A stretch of DNA of 64,000 nt, taken from positions 26,902 through 90,901 of the forward strand of contig PIVX01000002.1 in NCBI GenBank assembly GCA_003353785.1. Direction: 5' to 3'. The position numbers and the translations under genes were made by a program. This document shows, piece after piece, positions 29,386 through 38,637 of the stretch. This DNA is from Gammaproteobacteria bacterium. Lineage in GTDB: Bacteria > Pseudomonadota > Gammaproteobacteria > PIVX01. Below the pieces are notes generated by a model that was given only the letters and a program-made list of their open reading frames with translations, searched no databases and was not told where the DNA came from. The stretch's first letter is position 1. Each line of letters starts with the position of its first letter.

Positions 29386-30966
29386 TTAATTTTGAGTTAT
29401 GGTTTTGCCTGTTTGGGATATTTCTGGCTCATAGTCTAGTGAGTTTGTTGCTTGGCATGATTCTTTGATACCTGGTACTAATTCGTGTAGCTTAAAAATA
29501 GAATATATCCATAATAGAATCAAGCTAATAATGATCACCGACACAAATGGTATTGTAGCGGAGATATTCCCAAAGATAATTAGTAAGACAATATAAAATA
29601 TTGAGCCAAAAGATTTCCCTAATCGAGAAGTAATTCCATCTACTATAGCTTTACTTTTACGTTGCTCATATTTTGATAAAGGTATAAAGCACATTTCTTT
29701 GGTTGTATCAAAGATAGTATACTTGCAGCTTCTACCTAGACTTATTTGCAATGTTCCTAGTATTAAAATTATGTTAGTTGGATTCTGGACAAAAGTTGCA
29801 AAAATATCTGATGCTATAATATTTTCAAATAGTATTGCTGAATAGAAGAGTGTACCTGTAGCTAGCCATACCAGAGGGGTTACAAGAGCTGAGTATTTCC
29901 ATCCACTATTACGTATGATAGCTCCAGAAATAACGCAGCCAAAAAATGTAGAAATTATTCCTGTTAACATAGTTACTTGATTCATATATTGATAAAAAGA
30001 TTTACTATCAGGATAGGCTATTTTGGCTCTATGTGACCAGATTACATCAGCTAAATTCCAAACGACATTATATGACAGTACAAGAAGCACTATATATATA
30101 AGGTATTTGGATTTTTTAAGTAGGACGATGCATGCATACAATGATATCTTTGGTTTTTCTTTGGGGTGTAAATAAGATGGATTTTCTGCTTTAATAATAA
30201 ATTTATTTATATAACAAAATATTGCAATAACTGTAATAGATAAAATTATAACAGTTAATAATTGGTAAAATACCCATTGGTATTCAGCATGATAAATCTT
30301 TACTATTGGTAGCTTCATTGAGATCATCTTACTAGAGAATATTCCCATAAAAATACCTGCGATATTTATACCAGTACAAAAAACGGCATAGAACCTTTTG
30401 GCTTCATTCATCTTGGTAATTTCATTAGCAAACCCCCAAGTTAGCATAAGTAAAACCACGCTACTCCAAAGCTCTGAAATAACATAAAATAAAGCTATAT
30501 TCCAATATCTTATAATAACAATAATCCCGTCAAATCCATTTGCAATTAGCATATTGGATTTCAAGAAGTCTGCAATTGAATGTAGTTCTAGAAGATCTTG
30601 ATTAGGGAATAAGATAAAGGTAAACAATAAAAAGTATGTTAGGAATCCTCCCACCATATAATAAAATACTCTCTCACGATTATATTTAGTAGCTAATTTA
30701 GTAAATATATATGTGGCAATAATTGCACTTGGTAAGACACAGCCAATCTTCAAAAATGGGATGATATTAGCCCCGGAACCTTTTAAGGTAATGATCAAGG
30801 CAATTTTCATGTTTCGAAGAAGATGGTAGACAAATGAGACTAGAAAAAATAGGCAAAACATAGGAACGAGCTTTTTGTGCTCATTAGCCTGAATTGGCCA
30901 AATAAGGTTCCGAATTATATCAATAGGTTTTTTTATTTCCATTAGGATGAATTTTATTTTACCCAT
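29386..30966 (-). CDS. tlc: ATP/ADP translocase (nucleotide transport protein, TLC/NTT family)
   Basis: 526 aa, about 12 TM. N-terminal IWPIQANEHKKLVPMFCLFFLVSFVYHLLRNMKIALIIT..GSGANIIPFLKIGCVLPSAI is colinear with the rickettsial/chlamydial Tlc N-terminus (IWPIE..ELKKFLP...LR..KD.LVVT...GAE.I.FLK). Confidence 0.85.
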   Translation of the reverse strand: MGKIKFILMEIKKPIDIIRNLIWPIQANEHKKLVPMFCLFFLVSFVYHLLRNMKIALIITLKGSGANIIPFLKIGCVLPSAIIATYIFTKLATKYNRERVFYYMVGGFLTYFLLFTFILFPNQDLLELHSIADFLKSNMLIANGFDGIIVIIRYWNIALFYVISELWSSVVLLMLTWGFANEITKMNEAKRFYAVFCTGINIAGIFMGIFSSKMISMKLPIVKIYHAEYQWVFYQLLTVIILSITVIAIFCYINKFIIKAENPSYLHPKEKPKISLYACIVLLKKSKYLIYIVLLVLSYNVVWNLADVIWSHRAKIAYPDSKSFYQYMNQVTMLTGIISTFFGCVISGAIIRNSGWKYSALVTPLVWLATGTLFYSAILFENIIASDIFATFVQNPTNIILILGTLQISLGRSCKYTIFDTTKEMCFIPLSKYEQRKSKAIVDGITSRLGKSFGSIFYIVLLIIFGNISATIPFVSVIIISLILLWIYSIFKLHELVPGIKESCQATNSLDYEPEISQTGKTITQN

Positions 30967-31160
30967 CAGTTAAATCTAATGTTCATTATACATGAAAAAT
31001 TGTTCAAAAGATAAACTTTTTAAATAAAATTTTAAACATAACTAATTGATTTATCTTGTTTTTGTCTAATTGAGGGTTGATTATTATAGTTATTAATAAA
31101 ATGAGCTGATTAATTTTCTATACTTTTATATACCACGGACTTATATGGTTAGCTTTTATC

Positions 31161-32309
31161 ATGGATTTACTAATTAATTTGGAAGAATGTTATAGCAATG
31201 AAGATAGGATGATTCAAGCAACGGTTGCTGATTTTGCTAATAAAGAGTTATCAACTGGAATTAGTGATGCTTTCGAAAAAGGGTATTTCCCCACAAAAAT
31301 TATTCCCGAGTTTGCTAATTTAGGTTTATTTGGTATTAGCTTACCAAAGCCATACGGTTTAGAACTTTCAAAGCTTGCTTATGGTTTAATATGCTATGAG
31401 CTCGAGAAAATAGATAGCGCATATCGTAGTTTTATATCGGTACAGAATTCTCTTGTTATGTACCCAATACATGAATTTGGCAATGAAAAACAGAGATCTA
31501 TTTACTTACCAAAAACATCTTCTGGAGAATGGATAGGGTGTTTTGCTCTAACTGAGCCCGATCATGGCTCTGATCCAGATAATATGGAAACGGTTGCTGA
31601 AAAAATTAGTGGTAAATGGGTAATAAATGGTTCTAAGGCTTGGATCACCAACGCTCCAATTGCAGATTTTATTATATGCTGGGCTAAAACATCTATAGGG
31701 ATCAGGGGGTTTTTAGTTAATAGTGCCACAAGAGGAGTAATTATTAATGAGATGAAGCATAAAATGTCTCTGCGCGCTTCTGTAACTGGTGAAATTGTAT
31801 TTGAGAATGTTGAATTAGCTGAAGATTGTATTTTACCAGGAACAGAAGTAGGGTTAGTTGCTGCACTAAAATGCTTAACTCAGGCAAGATTTGGGATCTG
31901 TTTTGGTGCTATTGGGGCTGCTATGGATTGCTTTGAAACCGCACTTGATTATTCTAAAAATAGAAGGCAATTTGATAAACCAATTTCTAGTTGTCAGTTA
32001 ATTCAAGCAGATCTAGTAGAAATGTATCAAGAGTTAACGAAGTCACAATTAATGAATATCCAACTTGCAAAAAATTCTAATACTAAAAACTGGCATATCC
32101 AGGTTTCTCTTGCTAAACGTAATGCCTGTAGAGTTGCGTTAAATGTAGCAAGAAGTTCTAGGAACATACTTGGTGCAAACGGTATAATGTTAGAATATAA
32201 GATAATTCGTCATTTATTAAATTTAGAAACAGTATTTACCTATGAGGGAACAGACAATATTCATACTTTAATTGTTGGTAAATATCTTACTGGAGATAAT
32301 GCTATTTAA
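31161..32309 (+). CDS. gcdH: glutaryl-CoA dehydrogenase
   Basis: SAYRSFISVQNSLVMYPIHEFGNEKQRSIYLP...GCFALTEPDHGSDPDNMET is closely colinear with the GCDH family. 382 aa. Confidence 0.85.
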   Translation: MDLLINLEECYSNEDRMIQATVADFANKELSTGISDAFEKGYFPTKIIPEFANLGLFGISLPKPYGLELSKLAYGLICYELEKIDSAYRSFISVQNSLVMYPIHEFGNEKQRSIYLPKTSSGEWIGCFALTEPDHGSDPDNMETVAEKISGKWVINGSKAWITNAPIADFIICWAKTSIGIRGFLVNSATRGVIINEMKHKMSLRASVTGEIVFENVELAEDCILPGTEVGLVAALKCLTQARFGICFGAIGAAMDCFETALDYSKNRRQFDKPISSCQLIQADLVEMYQELTKSQLMNIQLAKNSNTKNWHIQVSLAKRNACRVALNVARSSRNILGANGIMLEYKIIRHLLNLETVFTYEGTDNIHTLIVGKYLTGDNAI

Positions 32310-32329
32310 TTATGTATATAAATAATAAG

Positions 32330-32347
32330 ATGACAGCTATCTGTCAT
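32330..32347. repeat. hairpin ATGACAG-CTAT-CTGTCAT (7-bp stem) followed by CTGAC-AAGTA-GTCAG-TTTT at 32381-32399
   Basis: Read directly. The hairpin lies between the gcdH stop and the tnpB fragment stop. It could be the gcdH terminator and/or the subterminal hairpin of an IS200/IS605 right end. Confidence 0.5.
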
Positions 32348-32438
32348 GAATGACGAAGCTTCCAATATCAATGGCTACAGCTGACAAGTAGTCAGTTTTA
32401 GGCAAGCCTCCATTGGCAGATCGGACAGCCCTTTAACT

Positions 32439-32630
32439 TTAATATATGTTTATTGATGCATTTATATCTCGATCGTGGTGTGCATTACACTTTGAGCAAT
32501 TCAATTTACGCACTGACAATGGTAATTCATCCATTGTAAAAGAATAGTCCGAACATGTTTCAGAGCTAGTAAACCACTGATCAATTTTATAGTTGTAATT
32601 ACCCCATGGATGTGATGAACTGAGCAGCAA
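32439..32630 (-). pseudogene. tnpB: IS200/IS605-family TnpB C-terminal fragment (zinc-ribbon/RuvC-III region only)
   Basis: WFTSSETCSDYSFTMDELPLSVRKLNCSKCNAHHDRDINASINI matches the TnpB C-terminus (fpSSqtCs.CG....L.Ls.R...C..Cg..hDRD.NAA.NI), but the first CxxC pair is degraded (CSDY). Only about 60 of the roughly 400 expected residues remain. A frame-shifted trace (KINRISENYIQAIIKNH) is visible upstream to about 32700. Confidence 0.7.
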
Positions 32631-33172
32631 TGATTTTTAATGATTGCTTGAATATAATTTTCGGATATTCTGTTAATTTTATCAATAAGAATTTTGAGTG
32701 CATGATAAGCTATAAATAGGCTACGTTAAATTCACTTATCTTTATTCAATTAGCGTTTTACTTTGTTATTTTGAGGAAATGCGGTGATTTCTGCTTAGTT
32801 AACTCTAGTTTAATGTCTATATGTTTAGATTTTGGATTAATTTTAATACTAAAAGGTCATTAAAGGTGGTGATTGCTCAATTTGTTGTCGTGTATAACAA
32901 ATTTTTTTGAATTAAAAGGGCACTAATATGAAAAAAACTAAGTTAGCAATATTGTTTGTTTTATGTATAGGAGCTAATTCTTTAGCAAATCATGTGAAAA
33001 TTTATAGTCGTCACCTGCAGGAAATGATAGCGTAATTAATGTTACATATAGTCATACTTTGGCTGTGCTTTAGTTTTAGTGATAGATAGGAAATTGTCAA
33101 AGATTTTTGCTTGTAAGAAATAAAAATAGTACTATGAAAATTTTATATAAATAAAATAAGAATGGAGAGCTG

Positions 33173-34240
33173 ATGTCAAAATTATTAAAAACTTGGTATT
33201 CAAGAAATCTTACTCACCCAAGTTCTATTCGCATGGTAGGTATAATCATTTTATGTATATCCACAATATGCATAGTAGGGGATATATTGACACCGGTTGC
33301 TATTAGTTTAATCATAGCTTATTTATTGGATGGTATTGTAGAAAAATTACACAACTTTAAAATGTCTAATATTTTATCAATTATATTAGTGCTATTTATA
33401 GCTATTAGTATTTTATTTATGATGGCATTTTTATTAATTCCAGTTTTGTGGCATCAATTAGCAGATCTAGTGCATGATATTCCAAATATTGTTACAGCAA
33501 GTCAATCTTATGTTAGTAGTACTATAGAAAGATACCCCGAATTTTTTTCTCCTGAATTAATTGATAATTTCTTCATTAATTTCAAGGATGAAATATCTTC
33601 ATTTGGGCAATTTGTTATTACATTTTCTTTATCATCTATTCCAAATTTAATAATGGTAGTCATTTATTTAGTAATGATCCCATTATTAGTTTTTTTCTTT
33701 CTTATCGATAAACAATTGATCTTAGCTAATTTAAAGAAAATATTTTCTAACGATAAGAAAATATTAGCGGTTGGTCGTGAGATCAATATAAAATTAGGCA
33801 GTTATGTACGAGGTAAATTTATTGAAATGGCAATTGTTGCTGGTGTAACCAGTATAACATTTATGATATTGGATCTAAATTATGGATTGTTACTAGGATG
33901 CTTGGTAGGGACATCTGTTTTTATTCCATTTGTAGGAGCTATTTTTGTCACCATTCCTATTGTTATTATTGGATTGTTACAGTGGGGATTTGATTCATCA
34001 TTCATGTGGTTAGCAGTTATTTATAGTATTATATTGTTTATAGATGCTAATGTATTGGTGCCATTTTTATTTGCTGGGGCTATGAAGATGCACCCTTTGA
34101 CTATTATTATTGCAATTTTTCTATTTGGTGGATTGTGGGGATTTTGGGGGGTATTCTTTGCTATACCTTTAGCTGTTATAATAAAATCAGTAATAATTAT
34201 GTGGCCAAAGGCTACTAGAACTAAGAAATCTGTAGTGTGA
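33173..34240 (+). CDS. AI-2E family transporter (PerM/YdiK-like permease)
   Basis: 355 aa, about 8 TM. The layout is typical of AI-2E family proteins, with the central GKFIEMAIVAGVTSITFMIL...FIPFVGAIF block. Confidence 0.75.
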   Translation: MSKLLKTWYSRNLTHPSSIRMVGIIILCISTICIVGDILTPVAISLIIAYLLDGIVEKLHNFKMSNILSIILVLFIAISILFMMAFLLIPVLWHQLADLVHDIPNIVTASQSYVSSTIERYPEFFSPELIDNFFINFKDEISSFGQFVITFSLSSIPNLIMVVIYLVMIPLLVFFFLIDKQLILANLKKIFSNDKKILAVGREINIKLGSYVRGKFIEMAIVAGVTSITFMILDLNYGLLLGCLVGTSVFIPFVGAIFVTIPIVIIGLLQWGFDSSFMWLAVIYSIILFIDANVLVPFLFAGAMKMHPLTIIIAIFLFGGLWGFWGVFFAIPLAVIIKSVIIMWPKATRTKKSVV

Positions 34241-34248
34241 GATAAAAT

Positions 34249-35133
34249 ATGTTTTCTGGAAGCGTTGTTGCTTTGGTTACTCCAATGCATATGGATGGAG
34301 CAGTAGATTATTCTAATTTAAATAGCTTAATTGAACTGCATATTAAAGAAGGAACGGATGCTATTGTTATTTTAGGATCTACTGGTGAAGCATCAACCAT
34401 TGATTTAGATGAAAAAATATTGATTATTAAATCAGTAGTAAAGCAGGCAGCTGGACGTATTCCTATTATTGTTGGCAGTAATCAAAATGGTACAGATCAA
34501 ACTATTGAGATCACGAAAAGATTTGCTGCTCTTGGTGCCAACGGATGTCTATTGGCATGTCCTTCGTATGTAAAGCCGACTCAAGAAGGTTTAAAGCTCC
34601 ATTTTACTAAAATAGCTGAAGAGGTTGATATCCCTATAATCTTGTACAATATTCCAGGAAGAACATGTTGTGATTTATTGCCTGAAACAGTTATGGAACT
34701 TAGCTGTTTAGCTAATATAGTTGGTATAAAGGAGGCATCTTGTGATGTGACAAGAGTAAGTAAAATTGTAAAAAATGCACCGTCAGATTTTGTAGTTTTG
34801 TCTGGTGAGGATAAGTTAACATTAAATATGATCCAAGAAGGAGCTAGAGGAGTTATTTCTGTAACAGCAAATATAGCTCCTAAATTAGTTAAAGAGCTTA
34901 TTAAAAATGCTTTAGCTGAAAATTTTGACATAGCTGAAGCAATTGATCATAAACTTAGCACATTAAATGAAAAACTATTTGTAGAATCCAATCCTATCCC
35001 GGTAAAATGGGCTCTTAATAGATTGGGAATAATTAATAAAGGGATCCGTTTACCATTGACTCATCTATCTAAAAGGTATACAAGTGAATTGGATAGCGCA
35101 TTGAATATTGATGGTTTGATTAAAGGTTGTTAA
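34249..35133 (+). CDS. dapA: 4-hydroxy-tetrahydrodipicolinate synthase
   Basis: MFSGSVVALVTPM..., GSTGEASTI, YNIPGRT and an active-site Lys context GIKEAS. Confidence 0.95.
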   Translation: MFSGSVVALVTPMHMDGAVDYSNLNSLIELHIKEGTDAIVILGSTGEASTIDLDEKILIIKSVVKQAAGRIPIIVGSNQNGTDQTIEITKRFAALGANGCLLACPSYVKPTQEGLKLHFTKIAEEVDIPIILYNIPGRTCCDLLPETVMELSCLANIVGIKEASCDVTRVSKIVKNAPSDFVVLSGEDKLTLNMIQEGARGVISVTANIAPKLVKELIKNALAENFDIAEAIDHKLSTLNEKLFVESNPIPVKWALNRLGIINKGIRLPLTHLSKRYTSELDSALNIDGLIKGC

Positions 35134-35519
35134 TGATAAGAAGAATTATATTTGTATTAATAGTGTTGGTTATATCAGGTTGTACCCAGTCAAAGGAGTA
35201 TTCGATTTATAATCCTGATAATTTTTATAGAGTTGGTAATAAAGAACCTATTACTTTTCCTGCTGATATTAAGTTAAGAAAAGCTCAGTCCGCTGAATAC
35301 TATTTGCCAAAATCAAATGGTTTGCCTAAACCGATCCCATCTATACTACCTCCTGATAGTGAAGCTCTAAAAGTATATTTGAAAGATGAAGATAGATTAG
35401 ATATGCCTTATTATGAGAGGTTCCCAATTTATTCTATGACCAAGGAGCCAATAGACGTTAAAGATACATTAGATCTAAATTATTATGAGAAACAACCAGT
35501 TTACCCTATGCCTAAGTAG
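35127..35519 (+). CDS. small lipoprotein in the BamC (NlpB) synteny slot downstream of dapA
   Basis: Lipobox LVISGC. 130 aa. Internal 12-aa repeat YYE[RK]xP[IV]Y[SP]M[TP]K at nt 35409-35444 and 35481-35516. Assigning it to BamC rests on gene order only. Confidence 0.5.
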   Translation: MLMIRRIIFVLIVLVISGCTQSKEYSIYNPDNFYRVGNKEPITFPADIKLRKAQSAEYYLPKSNGLPKPIPSILPPDSEALKVYLKDEDRLDMPYYERFPIYSMTKEPIDVKDTLDLNYYEKQPVYPMPK

Positions 35520-36612
35520 TTGTTAGTTGAGTAATAAATTCACCTAAAAATCTTGCTGATTCTCCTCCAGTAATCGCTCTATGATCAAATGTTAAAGATA
35601 CTGGAAGCATTTTACAGATTGCAGGTTTATTTTGTATCGGAGCAATTACATCACGCATTTTACCAATTCCAATAATAGCAACTGACGGAGGCACAACTAT
35701 TGGGTTTGCATATTTGCCAGCTAACGCTCCAAAATTTGATAGTGTAATAGTTAAATTTTTTAGATTTTCCTGATCGATAGTTCTTGTTTGAACCGATTTT
35801 TTATATTCATTTATCTTATTTCTAATTTCAGCTGCTGATAAATTTTGGATTTGGTTTATAACTGGTACGAATAAGCCGTCTTCTGTATCCATTGCTATAC
35901 CTAAATTAATATCAGTAAAGGTTCTCATGCTCATAGAATTAGTATAAAACCAGGAATTTAAATTTGGTTCGGCAGCTACCGCTTGTATTAAAGCTTTAAT
36001 TATTTGTACAGTAATATCTGCAAAGGTAAAGTCAGGAGGAAATATGGCATCTTCAGTAATAGTTACAGGAACAACTGTGATGTGGGCTTGAGTCATAGAT
36101 TGTGCCATGGTTCTTCTGACTCCTTTTAAAGGATGTATTGCTATATCTGAATCGTTGTTATCAATAAATTGTTGTACATCGTTAATAGTGATCTGGCCAT
36201 CTGAACCGCTAGGGGAAATAAGATTTAAATCAATAGCTAATTTTTTTGCCATAGCTCTTACCGCAGGAGTTGCTTTTATCCCAGTTCCTTGGTTAATAGA
36301 GTTTGTGTGGAATCCGCTAGCTTCGTCTAATGTTTCATTGCTAGTAGGTATTTTACCAACTACTGTGCCTGCATCTGTTTTGCCCTCAAATTCTACAAGG
36401 GGAGCAGCTGTTTTGATTATATCTCCTGGTTGACCATATAATTTTTGGATAACACCGTCACAAGGAGATGGAACATCAACAACAGCTTTTGCTGTTTCCA
36501 TTGACACCAAAGGCTCATCTTGTTTGATCTTATCCCCAGGCTTGACATGCCATTCATGGATCTCTGCGTCAGGTAGACCTTCTCCTAAATCTGGTAGATT
36601 AAAAATTTTCAT
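35512..36612 (-). CDS. bkdB: branched-chain 2-oxoacid dehydrogenase E2 (dihydrolipoamide acyltransferase)
   Basis: Lipoyl domain LVSMETAKAVVDVPSP, an E3/E1-binding segment ATPAVRAMAKKLAIDL, and a catalytic LSLTFDHRAITGGESARFL. Confidence 0.85.
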   Translation of the reverse strand: MKIFNLPDLGEGLPDAEIHEWHVKPGDKIKQDEPLVSMETAKAVVDVPSPCDGVIQKLYGQPGDIIKTAAPLVEFEGKTDAGTVVGKIPTSNETLDEASGFHTNSINQGTGIKATPAVRAMAKKLAIDLNLISPSGSDGQITINDVQQFIDNNDSDIAIHPLKGVRRTMAQSMTQAHITVVPVTITEDAIFPPDFTFADITVQIIKALIQAVAAEPNLNSWFYTNSMSMRTFTDINLGIAMDTEDGLFVPVINQIQNLSAAEIRNKINEYKKSVQTRTIDQENLKNLTITLSNFGALAGKYANPIVVPPSVAIIGIGKMRDVIAPIQNKPAICKMLPVSLTFDHRAITGGESARFLGEFITQLTTT

Positions 36613-37589
36613 TAATATTCCATGGTTTCTTTAGCTGCTTGAACAATTTTAGTGGTACTTACCATATTATGCTTTTCCATTTTATAGTATGGCATAATAA
36701 TATCATACCCTGTAATTCTTCTAATTGGAGCTAGTAAACTAGTTAATGCCTTTTCTGCGATAGTTGCCGCAATTTCAGCGCCTACGCCACAACTCTTTGC
36801 TGCTTCGTGGATGATGACGCATCTGCCGGTTTTTTCAACGGAAGATAAAATTGTTTCAAAGTCTATTGGCTTTATAGTTGCTATGTCGATCACTTCTGCT
36901 GAAACATTATACTGCTCTAATTCTTGTGCTGCTTGCATTGTTTCTACAATGGATGCTCCGAAGCTTATCAAAGTAATATTGCTACCTTCACGAAGAATAA
37001 AAGCTGTATCAAGAGGTAAAGCAATGCCGTTATTATCAATTTCTTGTTTATGGAGTCGATAAATTCTTTTAGGCTCTAAGAATAAAACAGGATCTGGTTC
37101 TCTAATAGCGGCAAGAAGTAAACCATAAGCTCGTTCGGGAGAAGTGGGGATAACTACTCTTAACCCTGGAATATGAGCAAATAAGCTTTCAGTACTTTCA
37201 GAGTGATGTTCTGGTGCATGAATGAATCCTCCAAATGGAGCTCTAAACACAATAGGGCAGGTCAATCTATTACGAGTACGATTTCTCATTCTACAAGCAT
37301 GACTGATGATTTGGTTCATTGCTGGATAGATGAATCCCATAAATTGAAACTCAGCAATTGGCTTTAAGCCATGAGTTGACATCCCTATACTCATACCTGC
37401 TATCATGGATTCAGCTAAAGGAGAATCTATAACCCTATTTTCCCCAAATTTTTCTTGTAATCCTTGAGTAGCTCTAAAAACTCCTCCATTTAATCCAATA
37501 TCTTCGCCAATTAATACAACATTAGGATCCTGCTCCATTTCATATTGTAGAGCTAAGTTAATGGCATCTATTAAAGTTACACTAGACAT
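36612..37589 (-). CDS. bkdA2: 2-oxoisovalerate dehydrogenase E1 beta subunit
   Basis: Transketolase-like pyrimidine-binding domain (EDIGLNGGVFRATQGLQEKFGENRVIDSPLAE). 325 aa. Confidence 0.9.
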   Translation of the reverse strand: MSSVTLIDAINLALQYEMEQDPNVVLIGEDIGLNGGVFRATQGLQEKFGENRVIDSPLAESMIAGMSIGMSTHGLKPIAEFQFMGFIYPAMNQIISHACRMRNRTRNRLTCPIVFRAPFGGFIHAPEHHSESTESLFAHIPGLRVVIPTSPERAYGLLLAAIREPDPVLFLEPKRIYRLHKQEIDNNGIALPLDTAFILREGSNITLISFGASIVETMQAAQELEQYNVSAEVIDIATIKPIDFETILSSVEKTGRCVIIHEAAKSCGVGAEIAATIAEKALTSLLAPIRRITGYDIIMPYYKMEKHNMVSTTKIVQAAKETMEY

Positions 37590-38631
37590 TCTTAAGTTCC
37601 ATTTTTTGTTCAGCTAAAATGGTTGGTATATTTGCGTAATGGTAATCAAATAAATCTTCAACATCTTGCAATTGGATCTGCAAATATTTTTCTACAGCTT
37701 CTTTAACTTCTGTTTTAGCATCGCTTAAGATGTTTTCAACGTCATGCTGATTTATAATGGAGTTTTTAATAAGGTAATTTTTTAAACGGTTAACACCATC
37801 TTTTAACCAAGCATTATCTAATTCTTCTTGTGTTCTGTATCTTAAGGCGTCATCTGCTGTAGTGTGATCAGATAATCTATATGTTATTGCCTCAATTAAC
37901 ACGGGGATTGATTCCTTTTTTGCTTTTTCTATTGCTTGTTTGACAACATAATATGATGCAATAGGGTCGTTACCATCTACAATTAATCCATCAAACCCAC
38001 CGGCTATTGATTTTTGAGCAAGAGTTTTGCAAAAAGTTTGTTTCTCTATTGGAGTTGATATAGCAAATTTATTATTACAAATCAAAAATACTACTGGTAA
38101 TTTTAATGCACCGGCTGCATTCATAGCTTCATAAAAGTCTCCTTGGGATGTAGCACCGTCTCCTAATGATACTAGGGCACAATTGTTTTTACCATGATGC
38201 TTTAAAGCAAATGCCGCTCCAACAGCATGTAATGCTTGTGAGGCTATTGGTACAGAACAAGGAAAATCATATTTACAGTTATGAAAGTTATTTCCTCTTT
38301 CATCTCCTCCCCAAAATTGAAACATTTCTGTTAAAGTGACTCCTCGTAAATATTGAGTTCCTTGATCGCGATAATATGGAGCAAAAACATCATTTTTATC
38401 AAGCACTGCCCCAGCTATTACTGAGACGGTTTCACTTCCAAGGATTGATGGGTATGTACCCATTTTGCCAGTTCTTTGTAGGGCGATGGCTTTGTGATCA
38501 AATGTTCTTATGGTCACCATAGCTTTGTATAATTTTAATAGAGTATCAAATTGATGGGCTATGTCAGGAGCATCATCTGATAATTTTCCATCTTTATCCA
38601 AAAATTGCAACATCTCATTGTAATCTTGCAT
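37582..38631 (-). CDS. bkdA1: 2-oxoisovalerate dehydrogenase E1 alpha subunit
   Basis: ThDP-binding motif LGDGATSQGDFYEAMNAAG...VVFLICNNKFAIS. 349 aa. Confidence 0.9.
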   Translation of the reverse strand: MQDYNEMLQFLDKDGKLSDDAPDIAHQFDTLLKLYKAMVTIRTFDHKAIALQRTGKMGTYPSILGSETVSVIAGAVLDKNDVFAPYYRDQGTQYLRGVTLTEMFQFWGGDERGNNFHNCKYDFPCSVPIASQALHAVGAAFALKHHGKNNCALVSLGDGATSQGDFYEAMNAAGALKLPVVFLICNNKFAISTPIEKQTFCKTLAQKSIAGGFDGLIVDGNDPIASYYVVKQAIEKAKKESIPVLIEAITYRLSDHTTADDALRYRTQEELDNAWLKDGVNRLKNYLIKNSIINQHDVENILSDAKTEVKEAVEKYLQIQLQDVEDLFDYHYANIPTILAEQKMELKNV

Positions 38632-38637
38632 AAATAA

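Noticed and set aside
32928-33035. A 35-codon ORF, MKKTKLAILFVLCIGANSLANHVKIYSRHLQEMIA, with a signal-peptide-like start.
   Set aside because: It is too short and ends right after the signal sequence. It is most likely the 5' stub of a destroyed secreted-protein gene in the IS scar, so it is mentioned in a finding but not annotated as a gene.
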